A stretch of 32,000 nt of DNA from Vibrio vulnificus CMCP6 (GCF_000039765.1 NC_004459.3:2511127-2543126), one strand, 5' to 3'. Numbered from the stretch's first letter, positions 1-7,183 are shown. Notes: generated by a model from the sequence alone, not told the origin. Translations and numbers: made by a program.

Positions 1-46
1 CTTACACTTATGCAAAAGAAAAGATAAGCCTAAGATTGATGTAGAC

Positions 47-457
47 ATGAATTACTGCTTTGTTAATGTTTCTAGTGGTGACGGTTTGGCTTTGGCTTTG
101 AACGTTAAAAATACTGGATTGCGCAAAGTAACAATCAATTCATACGCGTGGAAATATAAGCTTCCAAGATCTTTACCAATCTCAATTTCGACCTTTCATA
201 TGCAAAATGAGCTAAACTCTTTATCCACCTCTTTGCCAGCAAAGTTAGAAGAGGGGGAAAAAGCAGTGTTTCTCAATAAATATGATGTGTTAAGTAGTGC
301 AGGATTCCTAAATAATCATAATAAATTTATGGCGTGGCTTGCTGTACAACGTATGAAGGTCCAAATCGATTGCACAACCTTTGAGTATGAAATCCCATTG
401 CCTAGACCTCAAAAACAGGATCTCTGGAGAGCTTACTTGGAAGCAAAAAAAATATAA
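47..457 (+). CDS. hypothetical protein (cassette ORF, possibly 5'-partial)
   Basis: 136-aa ORF. Its TAA stop overlaps the R'' box of attC#1. The frame stays open upstream to the window edge, so the true start may lie outside. No motif recognised. Confidence 0.5.
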   Translation: MNYCFVNVSSGDGLALALNVKNTGLRKVTINSYAWKYKLPRSLPISISTFHMQNELNSLSTSLPAKLEEGEKAVFLNKYDVLSSAGFLNNHNKFMAWLAVQRMKVQIDCTTFEYEIPLPRPQKQDLWRAYLEAKKI

Positions 458-577
458 CAAATTGTTCAAGAGTGATTCGGCACGCGTGGCATTTTTACTA
501 TGCGTTAGTTTTAGTGGTTAAGGTGGTATGCGGGAGCTTCGGTATTGCGTGCCTCACACCTTAACAAGGCGTTAACT
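452..577 (+). repeat. attC site #1 (VCR-like integron recombination site)
   Basis: R'' ATATAAC ... R' GTTAACT. Internal imperfect dyad (..AAGAGTGATTCGGCACGCGTGGCA.. / ..GCCTCACACCTTAACAAGGCGTT). Confidence 0.9.
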
Positions 578-918
578 GGCGCAGAAAATACGAAAGCACA
601 TTGATACGGTTTCTAGGTTCGGAGGTTTAGCGTGTTCGGTCGGTTTCCTTAGCTGAGGTAATGCGACTAATTTCAGTTTGGTACTTAAGTTTACTGATGT
701 GAAAGGCGGCATAAAGCCTTCTAATAATATAAGGCGTTCGCGATTAGTTCGGCGCACTTACATCGCCGAAGTATGGTGTTGTGAGACGCATTTCAAACTA
801 AAGATCAACGGTATTTTTTTTGTTAAACACATATTTGAGTTAGCTTTGCTAATCATTAATTAGCAAAACGAGCTTTGGCGAAAGTGGCTGAAAAATCGGC
901 GAAAACTGAAAGGCGCTC
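578..918 (+). other. cassette with no convincing ORF (unique sequence)
   Basis: Bounded by attC#1 and attC#2. Only two overlapping 61-aa ORFs on opposite strands, neither with an RBS or a motif. Contains an AT-rich perfect hairpin TTTGCTAAT-N5-ATTAGCAAA at 846-868. Confidence 0.4.
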
Positions 919-1044
919 AGTTAACAAACTGTTCAAGAGGGATTCGCAACGCGTGGCATCTTCACTATGCGTTGGTTTAAGTGATTAAGGTGGTATGCGG
1001 CGGCATTGGTATTGCGTTGCTCACCCCTTAACAGGGCGTTATGT
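919..1044 (+). repeat. attC site #2
   Basis: R'' AGTTAAC ... R' GTTATGT; same dyad architecture. Confidence 0.9.
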
Positions 1045-1664
1045 ACTTTATTGGAATATTGAACTTTATGGATGATAGCTTAGCAACTTGGCGTCAATAC
1101 TACGAAAAATCATTGTTACGCCCCCACAATTCGCGCACTGAAATCGCAATTGAGTTGAATCAGTCTGGACTGCAAACCGCTGTCGATTGCGGTTGTGGAA
1201 CGGGAAGTGAGATAGCGTATCTAGAGCAGCAAGGTTATCAGGTGTATGGCTTTGATATTAACCCAGACTCTGTTGCGATATGTTCTGAAAGGTTTAGTTC
1301 CAAACCACTGGTTAAACTTTCAGAGTGTTCATTTGAGTCTTTCAAATATCCTTCTGCTGGTATAGTGATAGCAAACTCAAGTTTGTTCTTTGCTGACCCG
1401 CTAGAGTTTAAAAATACATGGCGTAAAATTGCCTCTTCTATTGCGGTTGGTGGTGTCTTTGTCGGTGATTTTATGGGGCCCAGAGATAGTTGGGCAACGA
1501 ATTATCGTTTACCTACGGCGCCGTTGAGTAAAAAACAAGTTGAGCTCTTGTTTAAAGAGTTTGAAATAGTCAGTTTCAAAGAGCGTGATGAGCCTGGCGC
1601 AACAAGGATTGGATATCCTAAGCATTGGCATATCTTTTCAGTGATTGCCGTAAAACGTACATAA
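1041..1664 (+). CDS. class I SAM-dependent methyltransferase
   Basis: Motif I VDCGCGTGSE followed by GYQVYGFDINPDSV (acidic motif II). The first ATG (1041) lies inside the attC R' box, so ATG 1068 (MDDSLATW) is the more likely true start. The TAA stop lies in the R'' of attC#3. Confidence 0.7.
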   Translation: MYFIGILNFMDDSLATWRQYYEKSLLRPHNSRTEIAIELNQSGLQTAVDCGCGTGSEIAYLEQQGYQVYGFDINPDSVAICSERFSSKPLVKLSECSFESFKYPSAGIVIANSSLFFADPLEFKNTWRKIASSIAVGGVFVGDFMGPRDSWATNYRLPTAPLSKKQVELLFKEFEIVSFKERDEPGATRIGYPKHWHIFSVIAVKRT

Positions 1665-1785
1665 CAAGGCGTTCAAGAGGGATTCATGCCGCGTGGCATT
1701 TTTAGTATGCGGTTAGTTTTAGTGGTGAAAGTGGTTTGCAGAAAGCTGGTTTAAGCGGCATTCACCCCTTAACGCAGCGTTATGC
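1659..1785 (+). repeat. attC site #3
   Basis: R'' ACATAAC ... R' GTTATGC. Confidence 0.9.
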
Positions 1786-1824
1786 TTACAATCAAATTTT
1801 TATTAACTAAGGTTGTTTAACAAT

Positions 1825-2262
1825 ATGAAAAATATAGCAATACTGACACTATCTTCTCTAATGCTCTTTTCTTCTTACACTTTTGCTAGAGATGATATTG
1901 GCTCATATTCCATAGAAAACGCTCTGAGCTCAGAGGCCGCAAAAAACAAGCTAGGTACAGATGTAAAGTTTTACTTTGGAGAACAGAAATTTCCTAAAGT
2001 TGTGGCAGAGTTTGGCGAGTTCAAAACGAACAAAAAGACAAATGCATTTAATAAAACAGATGAAGAGGCGTGTAACTGGGTCTTTTTGTCGGCCATGATA
2101 GTACTGAAAGAAAGAGCAATCAAAGAAGGTGGTAACGCGGTCGTTGATATCAAATCCAACTACAAAAACAACCTAACTTCAAGCGTTGACACTTTTCAAT
2201 GTGGTGCTGGGACAATGGTCGCTGGCGTTGCATTGACGGGTAAAGTCGTGAAGCTAAAGTAA
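1825..2262 (+). CDS. secreted/periplasmic protein of unknown function
   Basis: N-terminal signal peptide MKNIAILTLSSLMLFSSYTFA/RD. The ORF track starts at TTG 1813; ATG 1825 is preferred. The conserved-looking C-terminal block is GGNAVVDIKSNYKNN..FQCGAG. Confidence 0.6.
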   Translation: MKNIAILTLSSLMLFSSYTFARDDIGSYSIENALSSEAAKNKLGTDVKFYFGEQKFPKVVAEFGEFKTNKKTNAFNKTDEEACNWVFLSAMIVLKERAIKEGGNAVVDIKSNYKNNLTSSVDTFQCGAGTMVAGVALTGKVVKLK

Positions 2263-2389
2263 GCATAACAAGGCGTTCAAGAGGGACTTGGCACGCGTGG
2301 CATTTTCAATTTGCGTCGGTTTTGGTGGTTAAGGTGTTATGCGGTCACTTTTGTATTGCGTGCCTGCGCCCCTTAACGCGGCGTTATGC
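2263..2389 (+). repeat. attC site #4
   Basis: R'' GCATAAC ... R' GTTATGC; GGGACTTGGCACGCGTGGCA subtype. Confidence 0.9.
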
Positions 2390-2733
2390 TTAATCAAATA
2401 AAATCAGTGGTTTATGGTTTTTCTTTGCTCCCTTAGCTTTTCTGTTTGGTGCTTGTCGGTAAGTTGACTTCATTGGGCGCTGTTTTTCGGACACTTATTC
2501 TTTGGCGTTGGAAGTTCAGAGAATTGCCTCAATCAATTCTCGGGCAAGCGCGAGGTTAGGGCAGTTGGCTCAATCAGAACTTTGAACTTAGGTTTTTGAG
2601 TTTAAGCAGCCAAATTTTAAAGTCTGATTTTCAAAACTATGAGTCATTTCGGTTTTCTGTGTTTTGGCTTTTGTGTGTAAATCAAAGTCGAGTTAATCTT
2701 GGTTCTATTAAAACGTAACCCATTGAAGCTTAA
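2390..2733 (+). other. ORF-less paralogous cassette, subtype A (copy A1)
   Basis: About 345 bp and T/G-rich on the + strand. No ORF of 60 aa or more lies inside it. Homologous to 12-13 other cassettes in the window. Confidence 0.8.
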
Positions 2734-2860
2734 GCATAACAAGGCGTTCAAGAGGGATTCATGCCGCGTGGCATTTTTGGTATGCGGTGAGTTTTGGTGG
2801 TGAAGGTGGTCTGCGGAAAGTTGGTTTAGGCGGCACTCACCCCTTAACGCAGCGTTATGC
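2734..2860 (+). repeat. attC site #5
   Basis: R'' GCATAAC ... R' GTTATGC. Confidence 0.9.
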
Positions 2861-3203
2861 TTAATCACGTAAAATCAGTGGTTTATGGTTTTCTTTGTTC
2901 CCTCGGCTACTTGGTTTCGAGTTTGTCGGCAAGTTAGCTTCATTGGGCGCTCTTTTCTGGACACTCATTCTTTGGCGCTGAAAATTCAGAGAATTGCCTC
3001 AATCAATTTTCGGGTAAGCACGAGGTTAGGGCAGTTGGCTCAATCAGAACTTTGAACTTAGGTTTTTGAGTTTTAGCAGCCAAATTTCCAAGCCTGATTT
3101 TCAAAAATTATGAGTCATTTCGGTTTTCTACATTTTGGCTTTTGTTTGTAAATCAAAGTCGAGTTAATCTTGTTTCCAGAAAAACGTAACCCATTGAAGC
3201 TTA
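2861..3203 (+). other. ORF-less paralogous cassette, subtype A (copy A2)
   Basis: Nucleotide-level homologue of A1, sitting in tandem with it. Confidence 0.8.
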
Positions 3204-3331
3204 AGCATAACAAGGCGTTCAAGAGGGATTCATGCCGCGTGGCATTTTTGGTATGCGGCGAGTTTTGGTGGTGAAAGTGGTCTGCGGAAAGTTGGTTTAG
3301 GCGGCACTCACCCCTTAACGCGGCGTTATGC
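3204..3331 (+). repeat. attC site #6
   Basis: R'' GCATAAC ... R' GTTATGC. Confidence 0.9.
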
Positions 3332-3681
3332 TTAATCACCTAAAATCAGTGGTTTATGGTTTTTCTTTGTTCCCTCGGCTTGTTAGTTTCGAGTTTGTCG
3401 GCAAGTTGGCTTTTTTGAACGCTGCTTTTCGGACACTTATTCTGTGGCGCTGGAAATTCAGAGAATTGCCTCATTCAATTCTCGGGCAAGCGCGAGGTTG
3501 GGGCGGTGGCTCAATCAGAAATCCATTTCTAGGCTTTCAAACTTCAAACTAGATTTGCCAAAATTCCTAACCTGAATATCAAAACTATGATTCATTTCAG
3601 TTTTCTAAGTTTTGGCTTTTGTTTCTGAATCAAAGTCGAGTTAATCTTGTTCCCAGAAAAACGTAACCCATTGAAGCTTAA
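3332..3681 (+). other. ORF-less paralogous cassette, subtype A with variant middle block (copy A3)
   Basis: Homologous 5' and 3' thirds. The middle block (..AATCCATTTCTAGGCTTTCAAACTTCAAAC..) differs from A1/A2. The 74-aa ORF 3328-3552 uses a frame that other copies do not share. Confidence 0.8.
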
Positions 3682-3808
3682 GCATAACAAAGCGTTTAAG
3701 TGGGATTTGGCACGCGTGGCATTTTCGGTTTGCGTTGGGTTCGGTGATTAAGTCGCTGTGCGGTAGCTTTTGTATTGCGTGCCTGCACCCCTTAACGCGG
3801 CGTTATAT
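3682..3808 (+). repeat. attC site #7
   Basis: R'' GCATAAC ... R' GTTATAT. Confidence 0.9.
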
Positions 3809-3834
3809 TTTTAATCAATTTTCGAGTCGAAATC

Positions 3835-4299
3835 ATGGATGAAAGAAGTAGAGTTTACCTGGAACAATATCTGAACTCTTTACCTGATGAGGTCGCTTCC
3901 AAATACACTTCGTTCAGCTCAGACTATTTCTGTGCAGATGAACACAATGCTAATCTCTGTGCCGAGTTAATCCTTCGTGGTGAAAAGCGTGCATCATGCA
4001 GCTTAGACTATTGGTACAGTGAAAAAGGCGAGCCAATGCCGGTTGTTGGACACCTTCAAGTCGTGACAAATTGGGATGGTATACCGATTTGTATTATAGA
4101 AATGACGTCTGTAACCAAGCAAAAATACAGCGAAGTAACACCGGAGTTCGCTGCTTTAGAAGGTGAGGGTGACAAGACTCTGGCTTGGTGGCGAGAGGCG
4201 CATTGGAACTTCTTCTCAAAAGAGTGCGTAGTGTTAGGAATATCACCGTCGGAAGATATGTTGCTGGTACTAGAGCAGTTCAAAGTAGTGTGCAAATAA
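3835..4299 (+). CDS. ASCH domain protein (YhfF/COG4405-like)
   Basis: 154 aa. The blocks LILRGEKRASCS, PICIIEMTSV and EFAALEGEGDKTLAWWREAHWNFF match the ASCH family pattern as I recall it. Confidence 0.75.
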   Translation: MDERSRVYLEQYLNSLPDEVASKYTSFSSDYFCADEHNANLCAELILRGEKRASCSLDYWYSEKGEPMPVVGHLQVVTNWDGIPICIIEMTSVTKQKYSEVTPEFAALEGEGDKTLAWWREAHWNFFSKECVVLGISPSEDMLLVLEQFKVVCK

Positions 4300-4301
4300 A
4301 A

Positions 4302-4428
4302 ATATAACAAGGCGTTCAAGAGGGATTCATGCCGCGTGGCATTTGTGGTAAACAGTGAGTTTTAGTGGTGAAAGTGGTCTGCGGAAGGTTGGTCTAGGCG
4401 GCATTCACCCCTTAACGCAGCGTTATGT
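4302..4428 (+). repeat. attC site #8
   Basis: R'' ATATAAC ... R' GTTATGT. Confidence 0.9.
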
Positions 4429-4773
4429 TTAATCACGTAAAATCAGTTGTTTGCACTCTTTTTTGTTCACGTAGCTTTCAAGTTTTTCCCTTGTCGGCAA
4501 GCTAACTTCAGTGGTCGCTGTTTTCTGGACTCCTATTCGCGGGCGCGAAAAATTCGGAGAACTGCCTCATTGAAGTCCAGTGTGTTGGCGAGGAGAGTGA
4601 GGTGTTCTCAATTCCAAAGTTAGAGTTCCAGTTTTCGGTTTTTCACGCTAAAACTCAATGTTAGTAAAATCAAATTTATGAGTTAATTCAGTTTTTTAGC
4701 TTCTGGTTTTGGTTTTCAACGGTAAGTCGAGTTAAGCTCTTGGTATCGTAAAACTTAATCCTTTGAGTCTTAA
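4429..4773 (+). other. ORF-less paralogous cassette, subtype B (copy B1)
   Basis: Shares the 5' block (TTAATCACGTAAAATCAGTTG.., CTTGTCGGCAAG..CAGTGGTCGCTGTTTTCTGGAC) and the 3' block (TATGAGTTAATTCAG..GTAAGTCGAGTTAAGCTC) with subtype A. The middle differs. Confidence 0.8.
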
Positions 4774-4900
4774 ACATAACAAGGCGTTCAAGAGGGATTC
4801 ATGCCGCGTGGCATTTTTGGTATGCGGTGAGTTTTGATGGTGAAAGTGGTCTGCGGAAAGCTGGTTTATGCGGCATTCACCCCTTAACGCAGCGTTAGTT
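4774..4900 (+). repeat. attC site #9
   Basis: R'' ACATAAC ... R' GTTAGTT. Confidence 0.9.
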
Positions 4901-4935
4901 GCTAGAAGATAAATTCGTATCAAAGGAGAAGCAAA

Positions 4936-5169
4936 GTGGTACATGCTTACGGCGCTGAGGAAACAAAAGCGTTCTGTTGTAACTGCAAAAAAGTTACGGT
5001 TCATAAGTATGAGAGCTTTTCAAAAACAGAACCTAAAACTGAAGCAAGAGGTTTCTTTTCTGGGTTATTTGCTGCAATAGCAAGTGCTTTGATGGAAGGT
5101 GAGCCAACAGGTGATTATAAATGTAAGGTTTGTGGCACCAACCTTAGCACGCCAGACTACTTGGACTAA
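4936..5169 (+). CDS. small zinc-ribbon protein (CxxC..CxxC)
   Basis: 77 aa with a GTG start 7 nt after AAGGAG (4923-4928). Two Cys pairs, CCNCKK and CKVCG, flank a short hydrophobic stretch. Confidence 0.55.
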   Translation: MVHAYGAEETKAFCCNCKKVTVHKYESFSKTEPKTEARGFFSGLFAAIASALMEGEPTGDYKCKVCGTNLSTPDYLD

Positions 5170-5194
5170 GTTCTTTGGCAAACATCAGCTGCGC

Positions 5195-5321
5195 AACTAA
5201 CAAGGCGTTCAAGTGGGATTCATGCCGCGTGGCATTTTTGGTATGCGGTTGGTTTTGGTGGTGAAAGTGGTTTGCGGGAAGTTGGTTTGTGCGGCATTCA
5301 CCCCTTAACGCGGCGTTATGC
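5195..5321 (+). repeat. attC site #10
   Basis: R'' AACTAAC ... R' GTTATGC. Confidence 0.9.
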
Positions 5322-5350
5322 GCTAATTGGAAAAATGACAGGAGTTAACA

Positions 5351-5710
5351 ATGAATCAGCATGAAAAGCTCAATTATGTAGAATTTGCAGCGAAAGACTT
5401 GGAGTCAACGAAGGCATTCTTTTCAAAGGTTTTTGGCTGGAGCTTTGTTGACTATGGGCCTGAATACGCAGCTTTTTCAAATGAAGGTTTAGATGGTGGT
5501 TTTTTCAAATCTGAGCATTCTAGTCGTACTGAAAATGGTGGCGCACTCTTAGTTTTCTTTAGTTCAGATATTGAAAGCACATTGGATAAAGTTGTGAAAA
5601 ATGGCGGCGATATCATCCGTCCAATCTTTGAGTTTCCTGGTGGTTGTCGTTTTCATTTTGTAGAGCCAGGTGGCAATGAATTTGCTGTTTGGTCTGAAGC
5701 ACGCGCATAA
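5351..5710 (+). CDS. VOC family (glyoxalase/bleomycin-resistance fold) protein
   Basis: 119 aa. The pattern LNYVEFAAKDLESTKAFFSKVFGW..., then GGxFFKS, then FHFVEPGGNEFAVW is typical of VOC. The RBS is ACAGGAG. The TAA stop lies in the attC R''. Confidence 0.75.
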   Translation: MNQHEKLNYVEFAAKDLESTKAFFSKVFGWSFVDYGPEYAAFSNEGLDGGFFKSEHSSRTENGGALLVFFSSDIESTLDKVVKNGGDIIRPIFEFPGGCRFHFVEPGGNEFAVWSEARA

Positions 5711-5831
5711 CAAGGCGTTCAAGAGGGATTCATGCCGCGTGGCATTTTTGGTATGCAGTGGTTTTTGGTGTTGAAAGTGGTCTGCGGAAAGTTGGTTTAT
5801 GCGGCATTCACCCCTTAACGCAGCGTTATGT
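5705..5831 (+). repeat. attC site #11
   Basis: R'' GCATAAC ... R' GTTATGT. Confidence 0.9.
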
Positions 5832-5833
5832 GA

Positions 5834-6358
5834 ATGGAGCTCATCTTGAAAATATCAGTCGTCAAAAGTGGTGAAATTGAGGCGTATGAAGCGTCACTTA
5901 ATGCACATCTAAACTCAGTTTTTGGTCAAGATTCTACAGTTAATTTTAACCAAGAATTCGTTTGTGCAGTTCTCATTGAAGACGATAGTCAGATTGTTGC
6001 TACCGGTTTTGCTTATAGCCGGTTAATGTCACAGGGCTCCATCAACTTCAAAGCAGGCATAGTTGGCGGTATAGCGGTTGCAGCAAATAAGCGTGGTCTG
6101 GGTTTAGCCAAGGTTATCGTAAAAGAACTGGATAAATACTTGGTGTCTTTTGGTGTAACTCATTCTTTTCTCTTCGCTTATGAGCCAGATGTATATCGAA
6201 GTTCAGGGTATTCAGAGTTAGTTTGTCCTATTCATTACTACGATATGCAGCAGAAAAATTGGAACGAGTTTGTCTACCGTGGAGGCATGGTTAAAGCTTA
6301 CAATGTTGGTCACGCTCTAAGCAATCAAGTTATTGAGTTTAATGGTTGTGTGTATTGA
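5834..6358 (+). CDS. GNAT family N-acetyltransferase
   Basis: 174 aa. The acetyl-CoA motif-A-like segment is VAANKRGLGLAKVIVKEL. Confidence 0.6.
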   Translation: MELILKISVVKSGEIEAYEASLNAHLNSVFGQDSTVNFNQEFVCAVLIEDDSQIVATGFAYSRLMSQGSINFKAGIVGGIAVAANKRGLGLAKVIVKELDKYLVSFGVTHSFLFAYEPDVYRSSGYSELVCPIHYYDMQQKNWNEFVYRGGMVKAYNVGHALSNQVIEFNGCVY

Positions 6359-6375
6359 GCGCGCTGGAAAAATTC

Positions 6376-6502
6376 ACATAACAAGGCGTTCAAGAGGGAT
6401 TCATGCCGCTTGGCATTTTTGGTATGCGGTGAGTTTTGGTGGTGAAAGTGATCTGCGGAAAGTTGGTTTGAGCGGCACTCACCCCTTAACGCAGCGTTAT
6501 GT
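6376..6502 (+). repeat. attC site #12
   Basis: R'' ACATAAC ... R' GTTATGT. Confidence 0.9.
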
Positions 6503-6528
6503 GCTAGGGAAAGAAATCAGGTTTGGTG

Positions 6529-7062
6529 ATGAAAAGAATTAATGTAATAGGTACAAGTGGTAGTGGTAAAAGTACTTTCAGTCGCCAACTTGCTAGCAAG
6601 CTTAAATACCCATATTTGGAAATGGATGCGATATTTTGGAAGCCAAATTGGCAAGAGTCTACAGATGAAGAGTTCTACGCAAATCTAACTGAGAGTCTAA
6701 GTGGCGAACATTGGGTGCTTGATGGTAACTATAGCCGGACAGCCGAAATCAAATGGGCTAGGGCTGACACCATCATTTGGGTGGACTATTCCTTTTCTAG
6801 GACGTTATTTCAAGCTGTGAAACGAGCGTTAACTCGTATTGTGACTAAACAGGAACTGTGGGGTAAAACGGGCAATGTTGAGTCATTCAAAAAGTCGTTT
6901 CTTAGCAAAGATTCGATTATTCTCTGGACATTGAAAACGTATAAAACAAATCGTATTCGTTATACAGAGTTACTTAATGACCCGAGGTATAGCCACATAA
7001 AGTTCGTTAGAGTAACTAGCCCGAAAAAGGCTAGGGTGTTCATCGATGAGCTGCGCACATAA
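6529..7062 (+). CDS. P-loop NTPase/kinase (adenylate-kinase-like, topology-modulation FlaR-like)
   Basis: Walker A GTSGSGKST at the N-terminus, then WVLDGNY. The ORF track starts at TTG 6523; ATG 6529 is preferred. Confidence 0.65.
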   Translation: MKRINVIGTSGSGKSTFSRQLASKLKYPYLEMDAIFWKPNWQESTDEEFYANLTESLSGEHWVLDGNYSRTAEIKWARADTIIWVDYSFSRTLFQAVKRALTRIVTKQELWGKTGNVESFKKSFLSKDSIILWTLKTYKTNRIRYTELLNDPRYSHIKFVRVTSPKKARVFIDELRT

Positions 7063-7183
7063 CAAGGCGTTTAAGAGGGATTCATGCCGCGTGGCATTTT
7101 TGGTATGCAGTGAGTTTTTGTGGTGAAAGTGGTCTGCGGAAAGCTGTTTTAGGCGGCACTCACCCCTTAACGCAGCGTTATGT
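7057..7183 (+). repeat. attC site #13
   Basis: R'' ACATAAC ... R' GTTATGT. Confidence 0.9.

Noticed and set aside
572-863. Two overlapping 61-aa ORFs (572-757 on the - strand, 678-863 on the + strand).
   Set aside because: They are mutually exclusive and barely over the length cutoff. Neither has an RBS or a motif, and one begins inside attC#1.
2390-2733. Complementary termini of the ORF-less cassettes (GTTATGCTTAA at the 5' end, TTAAGCATAAC at the 3' end), including an apparent A/B covariation, looked like MITE terminal inverted repeats.
   Set aside because: The complementarity is the canonical R'/R'' core-site pairing plus a 2-5 bp extension. Coding cassettes share it, for example 18363-18721 with 5 bp and 5832-6375 with 4 bp. 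It is not a transposon signature.
2644-2868. Family of 73-90 aa - strand ORFs sharing ..NAALRGECRxNQLSADHxHHQNSPHTKNATRHESLLNALLC.. (also 3115-3339, 4732-5004, 6970-7200, 12354-12578, 16470-16709, 17465-17686).
   Set aside because: Their conserved part is simply the reverse-strand translation of the conserved attC repeat. The non-attC tails are unrelated, and there is no RBS. They are an artefact of repeat conservation.
3328-3552. + strand 61-74 aa ORFs inside the ORF-less cassettes (3328-3552, 12096-12308, 12595-12780, 16726-16911, 18866-19078, 20878-21069, 24131-24349).
   Set aside because: Different copies read the same conserved DNA in different frames. Several paralogues are interrupted by stops or indels. 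Most of these ORFs start at the ATG of the attC R' box or at non-ATG codons without an RBS. Their Cys/Phe/Leu/Trp-rich composition reflects the T/G-rich strand.
6333-6542. + strand ORFs running through attC sites (6333-6542, 11088-11369, 18155-18349, 23782-24006, 28440-28631).
   Set aside because: Most of their length is attC sequence, recognisable from the recurrent ..RGIxNAWHF.. peptides. They overlap the ends of real genes in other frames.
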